Assembly: GCA_963794945.1 (NCBI GenBank)
Contig: CAWCFT010000001.1
Coordinates: forward strand, 352,001 to 416,000
Source: Endomicrobiales bacterium
GTDB taxonomy: Bacteria; Elusimicrobiota; Endomicrobiia; Endomicrobiales; CAWCFT01
Direction: 5' to 3'
Length of the DNA stretch: 64,000 nt
In this document: positions 1-9,304 of the stretch, piece by piece
Numbering within the stretch: position 1 is the stretch's first letter
How the letters are laid out: every line of letters starts with the position of its first letter
Notes under the pieces: generated by a model
Database searches by the model: none
Told to the model about the DNA's origin: nothing
The model's input: only the letters and a program-made list of their open reading frames with translations
Program-made: the position numbers and the translations under genes

Positions 1-1
1 C

Positions 2-301
2 ACATCTACTGAACATGTTTTCACAGAAGACGAGATATTCATCATGCAGGCCATCGCCAATCAGTCAGCTGTTGCTATAGAGAATACAAGGCTTTTTGAT
101 GAATCTAAATCTGCCACTGACGCCCTTGAAACAAGAAAGATCGTGGAAAGGGCAAAAGGAATGCTTATGAAAGAGCGCGGGTACAGCGAAGAAGAAGCAT
201 TCCAGTTCCTTCAGAAACAGGCGATGAACATGCGCAGAACAATGAAAGAGATAGCCGAAGCCATATTGCTCTCTGAAGGTCTTAAGATCCCACGCCGTTG
301 A
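2..301 (+). CDS. GAF and ANTAR domain RNA-binding antiterminator (5'-partial)
   Basis: Frame is open from the window edge (TSTEHVFTEDEIFIMQAIANQSAVAIENTRLF, a GAF C-terminal helix). It continues into the ANTAR motif LETRKIVERAKGMLM...SEEEAFQFLQKQAMNMRRTMKEIAEAIL. Confidence 0.9.
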   Translation, partial: TSTEHVFTEDEIFIMQAIANQSAVAIENTRLFDESKSATDALETRKIVERAKGMLMKERGYSEEEAFQFLQKQAMNMRRTMKEIAEAILLSEGLKIPRR

Positions 302-453
302 TAATCCAGTTGTTTGGGTACGCGCGCGGGCGCTTAACATAATAATAATGAAGTCTGATCCTGATCCAGCCGCTTCCCGCCGCTGTCCATGCGGCTTAAA
401 TTGCTACCAAAAACCGCTATATTTTTAAGTATCTTGAAAACTAATTAAATATT

Positions 454-2093
454 ATGGATATAAGAATACAATCGTTCATAAAGCTAATCGGTTGGGCCGC
501 ACTAAGCGGGGTCCTCCTACTTTTATCCTACCCGGGTTTTAACCTTTTTTATTTCGCATGGGTGGCTTTTATACCGCTGATAGCCGCTATAGAAACAACA
601 AGCATAACCGGTTCTTTCATGCTAGGGTTTACTGCGGGGTTATCGGCGAATATAGGGATGCTTTATTGGATATATCCAATGATACTTTTTAATACGGGGT
701 CCCGTTTACAGGCGCTCATTTGTATTGTCGCTATAAGCAGTTATATGGCTATCTATTATGGTATTTGGGCTGCCGACAATTCGATTTGTTTCTGTATCTT
801 CAGCAAAATATAACAAAGGTTTTTCTGAAACCGGATCTTATGGAACTGCTAAACCAAAAACATACATATTAACCTTATTAATTAAGACATGGAGCAAAGT
901 TTACGCTTACGTGTCGCAATTTTCAATGCTCCGGTTCTCGGTTTTTGCTGCAACATTATGGGTATCGCTGGAATATCTGCGTGCGCACTTTCTTACAGGG
1001 TTCCCATGGCTGCTTCTTGGTATGTCGCAATGGAAGTTCACATCACTCATACAAATAAGCGAGTTTACTGGAGTTTATGGAGTGTCATTTCTAATAATTA
1101 TCATCAATGTTAGCCTTGCGCGCTTAATAAGAACAAAGAAAATAGCTTCTTTCATACTGCTTATAGCTGCGGTTGCTTGTGTAACGGCAGTCAGCTACAT
1201 AATAAGGCTTCGGAACGATGTATCTTCGCCGCCATATATGACTGTCGCTGTCCTGCAGGGCAATATAGACCAGTACAAGAAATGGGACAATGCTTATGAG
1301 TCAGAACATTATGCGTACCTACACCGACCTGGCGCGTGAAGCCTCCCAATATCATCCGGACCTGATAATATGGCCCGAAACCGCTGTGCCGGGATATCTG
1401 CCATCGAACATGTTCCTTTATGATTGGGTAAGGACTGTTTCAAGAATGACCAAAACATACAACCTGATAGGCTCACCATACAACAATGGCACGTCAAATT
1501 ATTTCAACTCAGTATTATTGTTCGGCCCAGAAGGGGAAATGCTCGGTGTTCACAGAAAAACGCACCTTGTGCCTTTCGGGGAGTTCGTCCCTTTCAGAAA
1601 GTTCCTTGAACCATTCTTCGGGGTACTTAACTCGCTGGGTGATTTTACAAGAGGGAACGATTACAACGTTTTTCCGGTAAAATCCATCATATGCGCGAGC
1701 TCCATATGCTCAGAGAATTTCTTTGGGGGAACTATCAGGCGTTTCGTGTTAAACGGCGCAGAGGTTATAGTTAACCAAACCAACGACGCGTGGTTCTTCA
1801 AAACTTCAGCGGCCGATCAGCACTTCATAATGAACGTTTTCCGCGCTATCGAGAACAGAAGGACAATTGTGGTATCAGGAAATACCGGTATTTCAGGTAT
1901 CGTGAGCCCAGCAGGTGTTATTAAATTCAGGACGAAACTTTTCGAAAGGACTTATTTCTTAAGCAAGATATCGCCTTCAAGGTATATAACGTTCTATACA
2001 AAATATGGCGACGTTTTTGCACAGGCGTGTATCGTTATCATGCTGATCATGCTTTTTGTTTCCAATAAAATGCAGTTCAAAAAACCGGATTAA
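454..2093 (+). CDS. lnt: apolipoprotein N-acyltransferase, split by two apparent indels (~775, ~1305)
   Basis: TM N-terminus and motifs GFPW, GVYGVSF, VLQGNI, IIWPETA, RKTHLVPFGE, ICSE, TNDAWF, RAIENRR are spread over three overlapping ORFs. Confidence 0.92.
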
Positions 2094-2106
2094 CCGGAGG
2101 GTTAAT

Positions 2107-3198
2107 ATGCTGGAAGAAATGAAAGAAAGACTTAAAATCCTTTGGAGGTCCCTTTGAAATAGAAAAAAAATCAAAGGATATAGTGGAACTGGAAAATAAG
2201 GTCTCCGAGCCTTCATTTTGGCAAGACAACACTCACGCAAAAAGCGTAATGACAAAGCTCAACGACCTTAAAAAGACTGTCAAGCTGTGGGAAAAGCTCA
2301 ATAAAGAAGTGGAAGAAACGGAATCGCTTGGAACGTTATTTAAAGAAGAGCGCGATGAAACATCTTTAAAAGAGATCGAGAGGACCGTGGCTGTGCTCGC
2401 AAAACAGATCGAAGAGCTGGAAACCAAGACAAAGCTTTCCGGAGAGTTCGACAGAAATAACGCAATAGTTTCAATACACGCCGGTGCTGGCGGAACGGAA
2501 TCTTGCGATTGGGCAGAAATGCTGTTGCGCCTGTATACACGCTGGGCTGAGAAAAAAGGGTTCGGCTACGAAGTTATAGACGTTCTAGCAGGCGAAGAAG
2601 CAGGGATAAAGAGCGTAACGATGATTATTAGCGGCGAATACGCATACGGCCTTCTGCAGTCCGAGATCGGTGTTCACAGGCTTGTCCGCATCTCGCCATT
2701 TGACGCCAATAAACGCAGGCACACATCGTTTTCATCGGTAGATGTTATTCCCGAAATTGATGATGATATAGATATTAAAATTGATGATAAAGACATACGC
2801 ATAGATACTTACAGAGCTTCAGGGCATGGCGCCAGTACCTGAATAAAACTGATTCCGCGGTCAGGATAACTCACATGGCGTCTGGAATAGTTGTTCAATC
2901 TCAGAACGAACGCTCCCAGCTTAAGAACAGGGTCACCGCAATGAAACTTATGAAGGCGAAACTCTATGAGCTTGAACAGGAGAAGAAGAGGCAGGTTGTT
3001 GAAAAACATTACGATGATAAAGGCGACATAGCCTGGGGCAACCAAATAAGATCGTACGTATTTATGCCCTACCAGCTCGTGAAAGATCATAGGACAGGCA
3101 AAGAAGTACCGCAGGTGGATAAGGTGATGGATGGAGAGATCGAGCCTTTCATTTCTGAATACCTAAACTGGAAAGCCCGGAATAAACTCACTAAATAA
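2107..3198 (+). CDS. prfB: peptide chain release factor 2, with programmed +1 frameshift and one apparent 1-nt deletion in the GGQ codons (~2830)
   Basis: SD GGAGG at 2096-2100 and ATG at 2107. [16 protein letters not shown] is followed by CTT TGA. Motifs [14 protein letters not shown] and RRHTSF are present. GGC GCC AGT would read GGC GGC CAG (GGQ) with one more G. WGNQIRSY lies near the end. Confidence 0.95.
2143..2158 (+). promoter_or_regulatory. prfB autoregulatory +1 frameshift site
   Basis: TGGAGG TCC CTT TGA A: internal SD, 3-nt spacer, CTT (2152-2154), TGA (2155-2157). The +1 frame GAA ATA GAA... is continuous with the 2183 ORF. Confidence 0.92.
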
Positions 3199-3224
3199 AG
3201 CGTTTTTATATCTTTCAACACTTA

Positions 3225-3266
3225 AATCCTAAGATACAGCGCGCGCTGTATTTTGGGATTTCTTTA
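3225..3266 (+). terminator. intrinsic terminator-like hairpin after prfB
   Basis: Long stem AAATCCTAAGATACAGCGCGCGCTGTATTTTGGGATTT followed by CTTT. Confidence 0.7.
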
Positions 3267-3294
3267 TCCGTATTCACTCCGACAATATTATCGA

Positions 3295-3323
3295 TTGACA
3301 AATCTTCGTAAAATCGCTATAAT
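3295..3323 (+). promoter_or_regulatory. sigma70 promoter (perfect consensus)
   Basis: TTGACA (3295-3300), 17-nt spacer, TATAAT (3318-3323). Confidence 0.85.
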
Positions 3324-3371
3324 TTCATTATATTTTGAATGTAAAGTTAGTGGTTTTACAGGGGTTAAATT

Positions 3372-3759
3372 ATGCCTAAGATCATGGTTGTAGATGATGA
3401 AAGGGACGTTGTTGAATTGATAACCTTCATTCTCTCTAAAGAGAACTACGAGGTTATACAAGCCTACAATGGTAGAGAGGCTATGGAAAAGATTGGCCTG
3501 CTGCCGTTCGATGAGCCTCCTGTCAAGCCTGACCTCGTTATACTCGATATAATGATGCCGGATATCGATGGGTACACGGTGCAAAGCAAAATGCTGGAAT
3601 CGGAGAACACGCGTTCGATACCGATAATAATACTCACGGCGAAGGGACAGATGAAGGACCTTTTCGGAATGGCTTCCAATGTCGCAGCTTATATAGAAAA
3701 ACCTTTTGACCCAAAAGATGTTAAGGGACAAGGTAAACGGGATAATAAACAAAAAATGA
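3372..3759 (+). CDS. stand-alone response regulator receiver (CheY-like); apparent 1-nt insertion near 3713
   Basis: Motifs KIMVVDDE, PDLVILDIMMP, IIILTA, YIEKPF. Removing one A from the run at ~3713 gives the C-terminus PKMLRDKVNGIINKK-stop (TGA 3757-3759), overlapping the lysS ATG. Confidence 0.85.
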
Positions 3760-5210
3760 GCGAGATAACCACGCCAATCGAAAGCATTATAGCTGTAAGG
3801 AAGGAAAAACTAGAGAAACTGAAAAGTTTCGGAATAAATCCTTACCCCACGATCTTTAAAGCAGACGCGCATATAAGGTTGGTTAAAGACAAGTTCGCGA
3901 ATGTCAATGTCGGCGAAGAATCAACCGAAACAGTTTCCGTTTGCGGAAGGCTCGTCTCGCGCAGGGAGATGGGAAAGGCATCGTTCGCCGATATAACCGA
4001 CTACACCGGCAAGTTTCAGATATACGTCAAATCTAACGTTGTCGGTGAAGACACTTACAAGATATTCAAGGACCTTATAGACCTGTCAGATTTTATAGGG
4101 GTAACAGGCAAGCCGTTCAAGACAAGAACCGGCGAACTAAGCGTAAAGGTTGAGAGCCTCACGCTCTTATCAAAAGCGCTGCGCCCGTTACCGGAAAAAT
4201 GGCACGGACTCAAGGATACGGAAACGAGGTACAGGCAGCGATACCTCGACCTCATAGCGAACCCGGAAGTAAAAGATGTTTTCGTTAAGCGCGCCAGGAT
4301 AATATCTACAATACGAAAAGAGCTCGATTCCAATGGTTTTGTTGAAGTCGAGACGCCTATGATGCAGTCGATAGCCGGAGGGGCAGCCGCAAAACCGTTC
4401 ATTACTCATCACAACACGCTCGGAATGGATCTATTTCTCAGGATAGCACCGGAGTTGTTCCTAAAACGGCTCGTTACAGGCGGGATAGATAGGGTCTTCG
4501 AGATCGGCAGGAATTTCAGGAACGAGGGTATTGATAGGAATCATAACCCGGAGTTCACTATGCTTGAGCTCTACCAGGCTTACGCCGATTATACAAACAT
4601 GATGGATCTCTGCGAGAAATTAATAGTTATGAGCGCGCAGGCACTGGGTACGGAAATACAGCAGCCTTTCAAGCGCGAGACAATGTTCGGCCTCATGGAA
4701 AAATATACCGGCAAAAACCTGCGCGAGGCGCTTAACAACGGCCAGCTTAGAGCCATAGCCAAAGAGATGCACATAGATATGGGAGACGACACTTCCGACA
4801 AGAAGATACTGGACCGTATATTTGACGAGAAAGTCATACCGGAACTGAAAGATCCGACATTCGTAACGGATTATCCTACGCTCTTCTCTCCGCTGGCAAA
4901 ATCGAAACCCGACCAGCCGGACATCGCGGAACGGTTCGAGCTGTACATTAACGGTATGGAGATAGCAAATGCCTATTCGGAGCTCAACGACCCTACGGAA
5001 CAGAAAAAAAGGTTCCTCGAACAGGTAGAGGCAAAGAAGCAGGGCGATGACGAAGCCCAGCCTTACGATGAAGATTTCATAACGGCTCTTGAGCACGGTA
5101 TGCCTCCATGCGGCGGGCTCGGCATTGGCATAGACAGGCTTGTCATGATACTTACAAAAGTTGATTCGATAAGGGAAGTTATCTTATTCCCTCTGTTAAG
5201 AACGGAATAA
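3756..5210 (+). CDS. lysS: lysine--tRNA ligase (class II)
   Basis: Motifs RPLPEKWHGL, RYRQRYLDL, GGAAAKPF, LRIAPELFLKRL, FRNEG, HNPEFTMLE, GLGIGIDRL. Confidence 0.97.
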   Translation: MSEITTPIESIIAVRKEKLEKLKSFGINPYPTIFKADAHIRLVKDKFANVNVGEESTETVSVCGRLVSRREMGKASFADITDYTGKFQIYVKSNVVGEDTYKIFKDLIDLSDFIGVTGKPFKTRTGELSVKVESLTLLSKALRPLPEKWHGLKDTETRYRQRYLDLIANPEVKDVFVKRARIISTIRKELDSNGFVEVETPMMQSIAGGAAAKPFITHHNTLGMDLFLRIAPELFLKRLVTGGIDRVFEIGRNFRNEGIDRNHNPEFTMLELYQAYADYTNMMDLCEKLIVMSAQALGTEIQQPFKRETMFGLMEKYTGKNLREALNNGQLRAIAKEMHIDMGDDTSDKKILDRIFDEKVIPELKDPTFVTDYPTLFSPLAKSKPDQPDIAERFELYINGMEIANAYSELNDPTEQKKRFLEQVEAKKQGDDEAQPYDEDFITALEHGMPPCGGLGIGIDRLVMILTKVDSIREVILFPLLRTE

Positions 5211-5216
5211 TCGCCT

Positions 5217-6425
5217 ATGCCGCTGGAACTATTTATCGCTTTAAGGTATTTGAAAGCCCGCAGAAGAGGAGTATTCACGCTTCTTACGAGCCTTATTGCC
5301 ATAGGAGGCATAACGCTGGGTGTGGCGGCACTGATAATAACCCTGGGAGTAATGAGCGGCTTTCAGGCTGATATAAAAGAAAAAATGCTTGGGGTTCAAC
5401 CGCATATTATTGTTCTAAAAAATAATTATGAGCCTTTTGGGGACTATCAGAGAATAATTGAGCGCATTGATGCCAATAAGCACGTTAAGACTTCAGCTCC
5501 TTTTATCTATGGACAAGCAATAATAAGGCATGGACAACAAGCGACGGGCGCGGCGGTTAAGGGGATCGACCCTGTCGCGGAAGATAGGCTCGTATCTTTG
5601 AAAAAGATAGTATTGACCAGAAAACCCTGGGTACCCTCGATAGGGCAAGGCGAGATATTGCTAGGCATGGAGCTCGCGCAAACAATCGGAGTTACCGCAG
5701 GCGAAGATGTTGTGCTTATGACACCCGGCCTTTATGCAATGGTGCCTCATATGCAGAAGTTTAGGGTCAACATGTTCTTTCATTCAGGCATGTACGAATA
5801 CGATGCTAACCTCGCTTATATCAATCTCGCTGACGCCAGGGGGCTATTCGGCATGGATGACAGCGTCACTGGCATAGGTGTATCTGTGGACAACTGGGAA
5901 AACTCGGACGCCATCAGCGCGGATATCCAGAAAAGTATCGGCACTGAGTTTTGGGCTAGGTCATGGCAGAAGATGAACCGCAACCTGTTTTCGGCTTTAA
6001 AGCTTGAGAAAATAATGATGTTTATTATACTCGCTCTGATAATAATCGTTGCTGCTTTTAACATAATCTCGAACCTTTTACTTCTTACAGTAGAGAAAAC
6101 AAAAGAGATAGGCATACTGTCAGCTTTGGGATTCGACAAGGGCAGAATAGCAAAGATATTTTTCTTTGAAGGCCTCATAATGGGGGTTACAGGTATAGCC
6201 TCCGGTTTAGTGGTTGGCTGTGGTCTGAGCCTGCTTTTAAAGAAATACCAGTTCATTTCGCTGCCGGCCGATGTTTATTATCTCGATAAACTGCCGGTCA
6301 AAATCCTAACGGGCGACGTAGTAAGCATTGTGTGCGCCACGCTGGCCATATCGCTCATCGCAGGCATTTATCCTGCTTACCAGGTTACTAAATTAGATCC
6401 TTTGGAAGCAATACGCTACGGATAG
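5217..6425 (+). CDS. lolE: lipoprotein-releasing ABC transporter permease (LolC/E)
   Basis: Motifs FIALRYL, GITLGVAALII, VMSGF, AAFNIIS, KEIGILSALG, DPLEAIRYG. Confidence 0.9.
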   Translation: MPLELFIALRYLKARRRGVFTLLTSLIAIGGITLGVAALIITLGVMSGFQADIKEKMLGVQPHIIVLKNNYEPFGDYQRIIERIDANKHVKTSAPFIYGQAIIRHGQQATGAAVKGIDPVAEDRLVSLKKIVLTRKPWVPSIGQGEILLGMELAQTIGVTAGEDVVLMTPGLYAMVPHMQKFRVNMFFHSGMYEYDANLAYINLADARGLFGMDDSVTGIGVSVDNWENSDAISADIQKSIGTEFWARSWQKMNRNLFSALKLEKIMMFIILALIIIVAAFNIISNLLLLTVEKTKEIGILSALGFDKGRIAKIFFFEGLIMGVTGIASGLVVGCGLSLLLKKYQFISLPADVYYLDKLPVKILTGDVVSIVCATLAISLIAGIYPAYQVTKLDPLEAIRYG

Positions 6426-6426
6426 T

Positions 6427-7086
6427 ATGAATATAACAGCCGAGAATTTGCAAAAAAGCTATTTTTTGGACCACGGCCTTGAAGTAAAAGCGCTAAGAAA
6501 GGTCAGCCTCGAAATTAAGTCAGGCGAGACAGCCGCGATCATGGGCCCGTCCGGAGCAGGTAAGAGTACTTTGCTTCATCTTATGGGCCTAATGGACAGG
6601 CCAACGGGCGGAAAGATATTGATAGACGGCATTGATTATTCGGTTTTAACTGACAAGGAGCATTCACTCGCCAAACGCGATAAGGTCGGATTCCTGTTTC
6701 AGATGCATTATCTACTGCCGGATTTTACGGTGCTTGAAAATGTGCTTCTACCCGTTTGGGACCAGAAAGCGAACATGCTGGACAAAGCATTATCACTTTT
6801 AGAAAAACTTGGGCTTTCCGGAAGATTGGAGCACATGCCGGGCGAACTTTCTGGAGGAGAACAGCAAAGGGCGGCGATGGCTAGGGCCTTGATAAAAGAC
6901 CCGTCTGTTCTCATGGCGGACGAACCTACGGGGAACCTTGACAGAGAAACCGGTGAGAAGGTTGAACAACTGCTATTTAGTGAATGCATGAGCAGAGGAA
7001 TAGCACTTTTGCTTGTAACGCATAATCCGGACCTCGCCTCGAAGGCCGGCAGGATAATAAGAATGCGTGATGGGCTTATAGAATAA
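6427..7086 (+). CDS. lolD: lipoprotein-releasing ABC transporter ATP-binding protein
   Basis: GPSGAGKSTLL, LSGGEQQR, ADEPTGNLD; adjacent to lolC/E. Confidence 0.9.
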   Translation: MNITAENLQKSYFLDHGLEVKALRKVSLEIKSGETAAIMGPSGAGKSTLLHLMGLMDRPTGGKILIDGIDYSVLTDKEHSLAKRDKVGFLFQMHYLLPDFTVLENVLLPVWDQKANMLDKALSLLEKLGLSGRLEHMPGELSGGEQQRAAMARALIKDPSVLMADEPTGNLDRETGEKVEQLLFSECMSRGIALLLVTHNPDLASKAGRIIRMRDGLIE

Positions 7087-7145
7087 ACAAATGCTTTAAC
7101 ATTATTTACACAACCTGAAATAGGCAAATTTAACTGGAGCGACAA

Positions 7146-8024
7146 ATGAAGATCTACCTAGATGGAAAGCTTGTTGAGAAAGAAGACGCTAAAGTCTCAG
7201 TTTTCGACCATGGTTTGCTGTACGGTGATGGCGTGTTCGAAGGCATACGCGCGTACAACGGCCGCGTGTTCAGGCTGAGAGAACATCTCGATAGGTTCTG
7301 TAATTCAGCTAAGGCCATTATGCTGGACATAATGATGACAAAAAAAGAGCTGGAAACCGCGATGCTCATTACTTTATCAGCGAACAAATTGAAAGACGCG
7401 TATATAAGGCTTGTTGTGACCAGAGGACATGGTGACCTTGGGCTTGATCCTAAAAACTGCCCGAAGCCGACCGTATTCATAATAGCGGATAAAATTAAAC
7501 TTTATCCTGAAGAATTCTATACTAACGGGCTAAAGCTTATAACAGCAGCTACGAGAAGGATGATACCGGACGCTTTAAACCCCTGCATAAAGTCGCTTAA
7601 TTATTTAAATAATATCATGGCGAAAATGGAAGCGACGCGCGCTGGAGTCCCTGAGGCTATACTGCTAAATTCAATGGGATATGTGGCCGAATGCTCGGGC
7701 GACAATATTTTCATAATAAAAGATAACGCTTTGATAACGCCTCCTTCAAGCGCGGGCGCGCTAGAGGGAATAACCCGCGGCGCGGTCATGGAACTTGCCA
7801 AGAATAAGCTCAAACTTCTGGTTAAAGAAGAACTACTTACTACTTACCACCTCTATACTGCTGAGGAGTGTTTTTTGACAGGCACCGCGGCTGAAGTAGT
7901 GCCTGTATCAAATATTGACGGGCGTGTTATAGGCGATGGTAAGCCAGGCAAGGTAACCAATAAATTAGTAAAGGAATTCAGGGAACTGACTAGGCTTACC
8001 GGGGTTCCAATTTACGAGAAGTAA
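7146..8024 (+). CDS. ilvE: branched-chain amino acid aminotransferase
   Basis: DHGLLYGDGVFEGIR, KSLNYLNN, LEGITR, ECFLTGTAAEV. Confidence 0.93.
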   Translation: MKIYLDGKLVEKEDAKVSVFDHGLLYGDGVFEGIRAYNGRVFRLREHLDRFCNSAKAIMLDIMMTKKELETAMLITLSANKLKDAYIRLVVTRGHGDLGLDPKNCPKPTVFIIADKIKLYPEEFYTNGLKLITAATRRMIPDALNPCIKSLNYLNNIMAKMEATRAGVPEAILLNSMGYVAECSGDNIFIIKDNALITPPSSAGALEGITRGAVMELAKNKLKLLVKEELLTTYHLYTAEECFLTGTAAEVVPVSNIDGRVIGDGKPGKVTNKLVKEFRELTRLTGVPIYEK

Positions 8025-8094
8025 AATACAGGTCGTTCGTGGAACTATTCTTAGCCCTTTATTGTCTAATATGTAATGTGAGATGATAAATAAT

Positions 8095-9252
8095 ATGAAG
8101 ATAAAAGGCGTCAATCTTGGCGGATGGCTGTTGATGGAGGGTTATATTCTTGGAGGAAGGAATATTGCCGAGTTTGCGTTCAAAAGATCGTTCAGAGAAC
8201 AGAACGGCAATTCTGCTCTTGTTGAATTCGAGAAGCTTTTCAGAAACAATTTCATTACGAAAACTGATTTTGCGAACATCAGGCTGATGGGAGCAAACGC
8301 CGTCAGAGTGCCGTTCAACCATAAACTTATTGAATCACAAGCGTACAAATATTCAGAGAAGGGTTTTAGGTATTTAGACAACGTGATGTCCTGGGCGAAA
8401 TACAATAAGCTCGGGGTCATTCTAGATCTGCACGCAGCATGCGGTTCACAGAATCATGATTGGCATAGCGATTCGACCGGGAAGGCGCTTTTGTGGTTAC
8501 AACCTGATTTTCGCAAAAGAACTTATGCTCTTTGGTCAGCAATAGCTGCCCGTTATAAAGATTGTCCCAGCCTTATAGGCTATGATGTGCTCAACGAGCC
8601 GGTTATTGATAAGTCAAAAGTCGGAATGATAAATGATCTCTATATTGGTATAATTAAAGCTATCCGCGCCCATGATAAAGAACACACTATATTTCTCGAA
8701 GGCAATATATGGGCACAGCAAATAGATTTTCTCTCAAAATTGATAAGCGAGAATGTCACGATTAGTATTCACACGTATTGCCCTTTGAATTTCACGTTCA
8801 ATTTCGTACCGTGCCTTAATTTTCCGGGTAAAATTGAAGGTGATCTCTGGAACCAGCAGAAATTGTTCAGATATCTAGAACCTTACAGGAAATTTGCTGA
8901 AAAATACGATGTGAGGCTTCTTGTAGGCGAATTCGGTATCAACTGGCGCGGCGGACATTTCGGTGAGCTAAAATGGCTCGATGGCATTCTCAAGTCTTTT
9001 GACAAGTTCGGATTTGATTATACATATTGGACCTATAAAGCTATAGCGAACTCGGCCTTTCCCGACGGTATATATCAATACCTTGGCAACAACGCTTATG
9101 TAAGGCGTGAGGGCCCGGTGTATGGATTCGAAAATTACGTGAATTTGTGGAAAAGAGAAAATACTAAAATAGTCGATTTCTGGAAAACAGATAATTTCGC
9201 ACCGAATAAAAAGCTGATATCAGTGCTAAAAAAACATTTTTCCAAAAATTAA
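8095..9252 (+). CDS. glycoside hydrolase family 5 (beta-glucanase-like), no signal peptide
   Basis: GVNLGGWLLMEG, ILDLHA, YDVLNEP (acid/base), HTY, VGEFG (nucleophile), WTYK. Confidence 0.88.
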   Translation: MKIKGVNLGGWLLMEGYILGGRNIAEFAFKRSFREQNGNSALVEFEKLFRNNFITKTDFANIRLMGANAVRVPFNHKLIESQAYKYSEKGFRYLDNVMSWAKYNKLGVILDLHAACGSQNHDWHSDSTGKALLWLQPDFRKRTYALWSAIAARYKDCPSLIGYDVLNEPVIDKSKVGMINDLYIGIIKAIRAHDKEHTIFLEGNIWAQQIDFLSKLISENVTISIHTYCPLNFTFNFVPCLNFPGKIEGDLWNQQKLFRYLEPYRKFAEKYDVRLLVGEFGINWRGGHFGELKWLDGILKSFDKFGFDYTYWTYKAIANSAFPDGIYQYLGNNAYVRREGPVYGFENYVNLWKRENTKIVDFWKTDNFAPNKKLISVLKKHFSKN

Positions 9253-9304
9253 AACTTGTGATAAGTCGCGCCGAAGCACGAGATGTGACTGAAGGAGAAA
9301 TACC

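Noticed and set aside
302..453. ANTAR-target dual-hairpin RNA downstream of the ANTAR gene
   Set aside because: Only a weak AGCCGC/GCGGCT stem is present; I saw no tandem hexaloop hairpins overlapping a terminator.
2821..2845. Second programmed frameshift or loss of GGQ in prfB
   Set aside because: No slippery site or stimulator is visible. One missing G restores GGQ in an essential gene, so it is most likely an error.
3372..5210. Apparent novel response-regulator::LysRS fusion (612 aa)
   Set aside because: Removing one A from the run at ~3713 restores a normal receiver C-terminal helix ending in TGA that overlaps the lysS ATG (ATGA). This fits the window's many indel errors.
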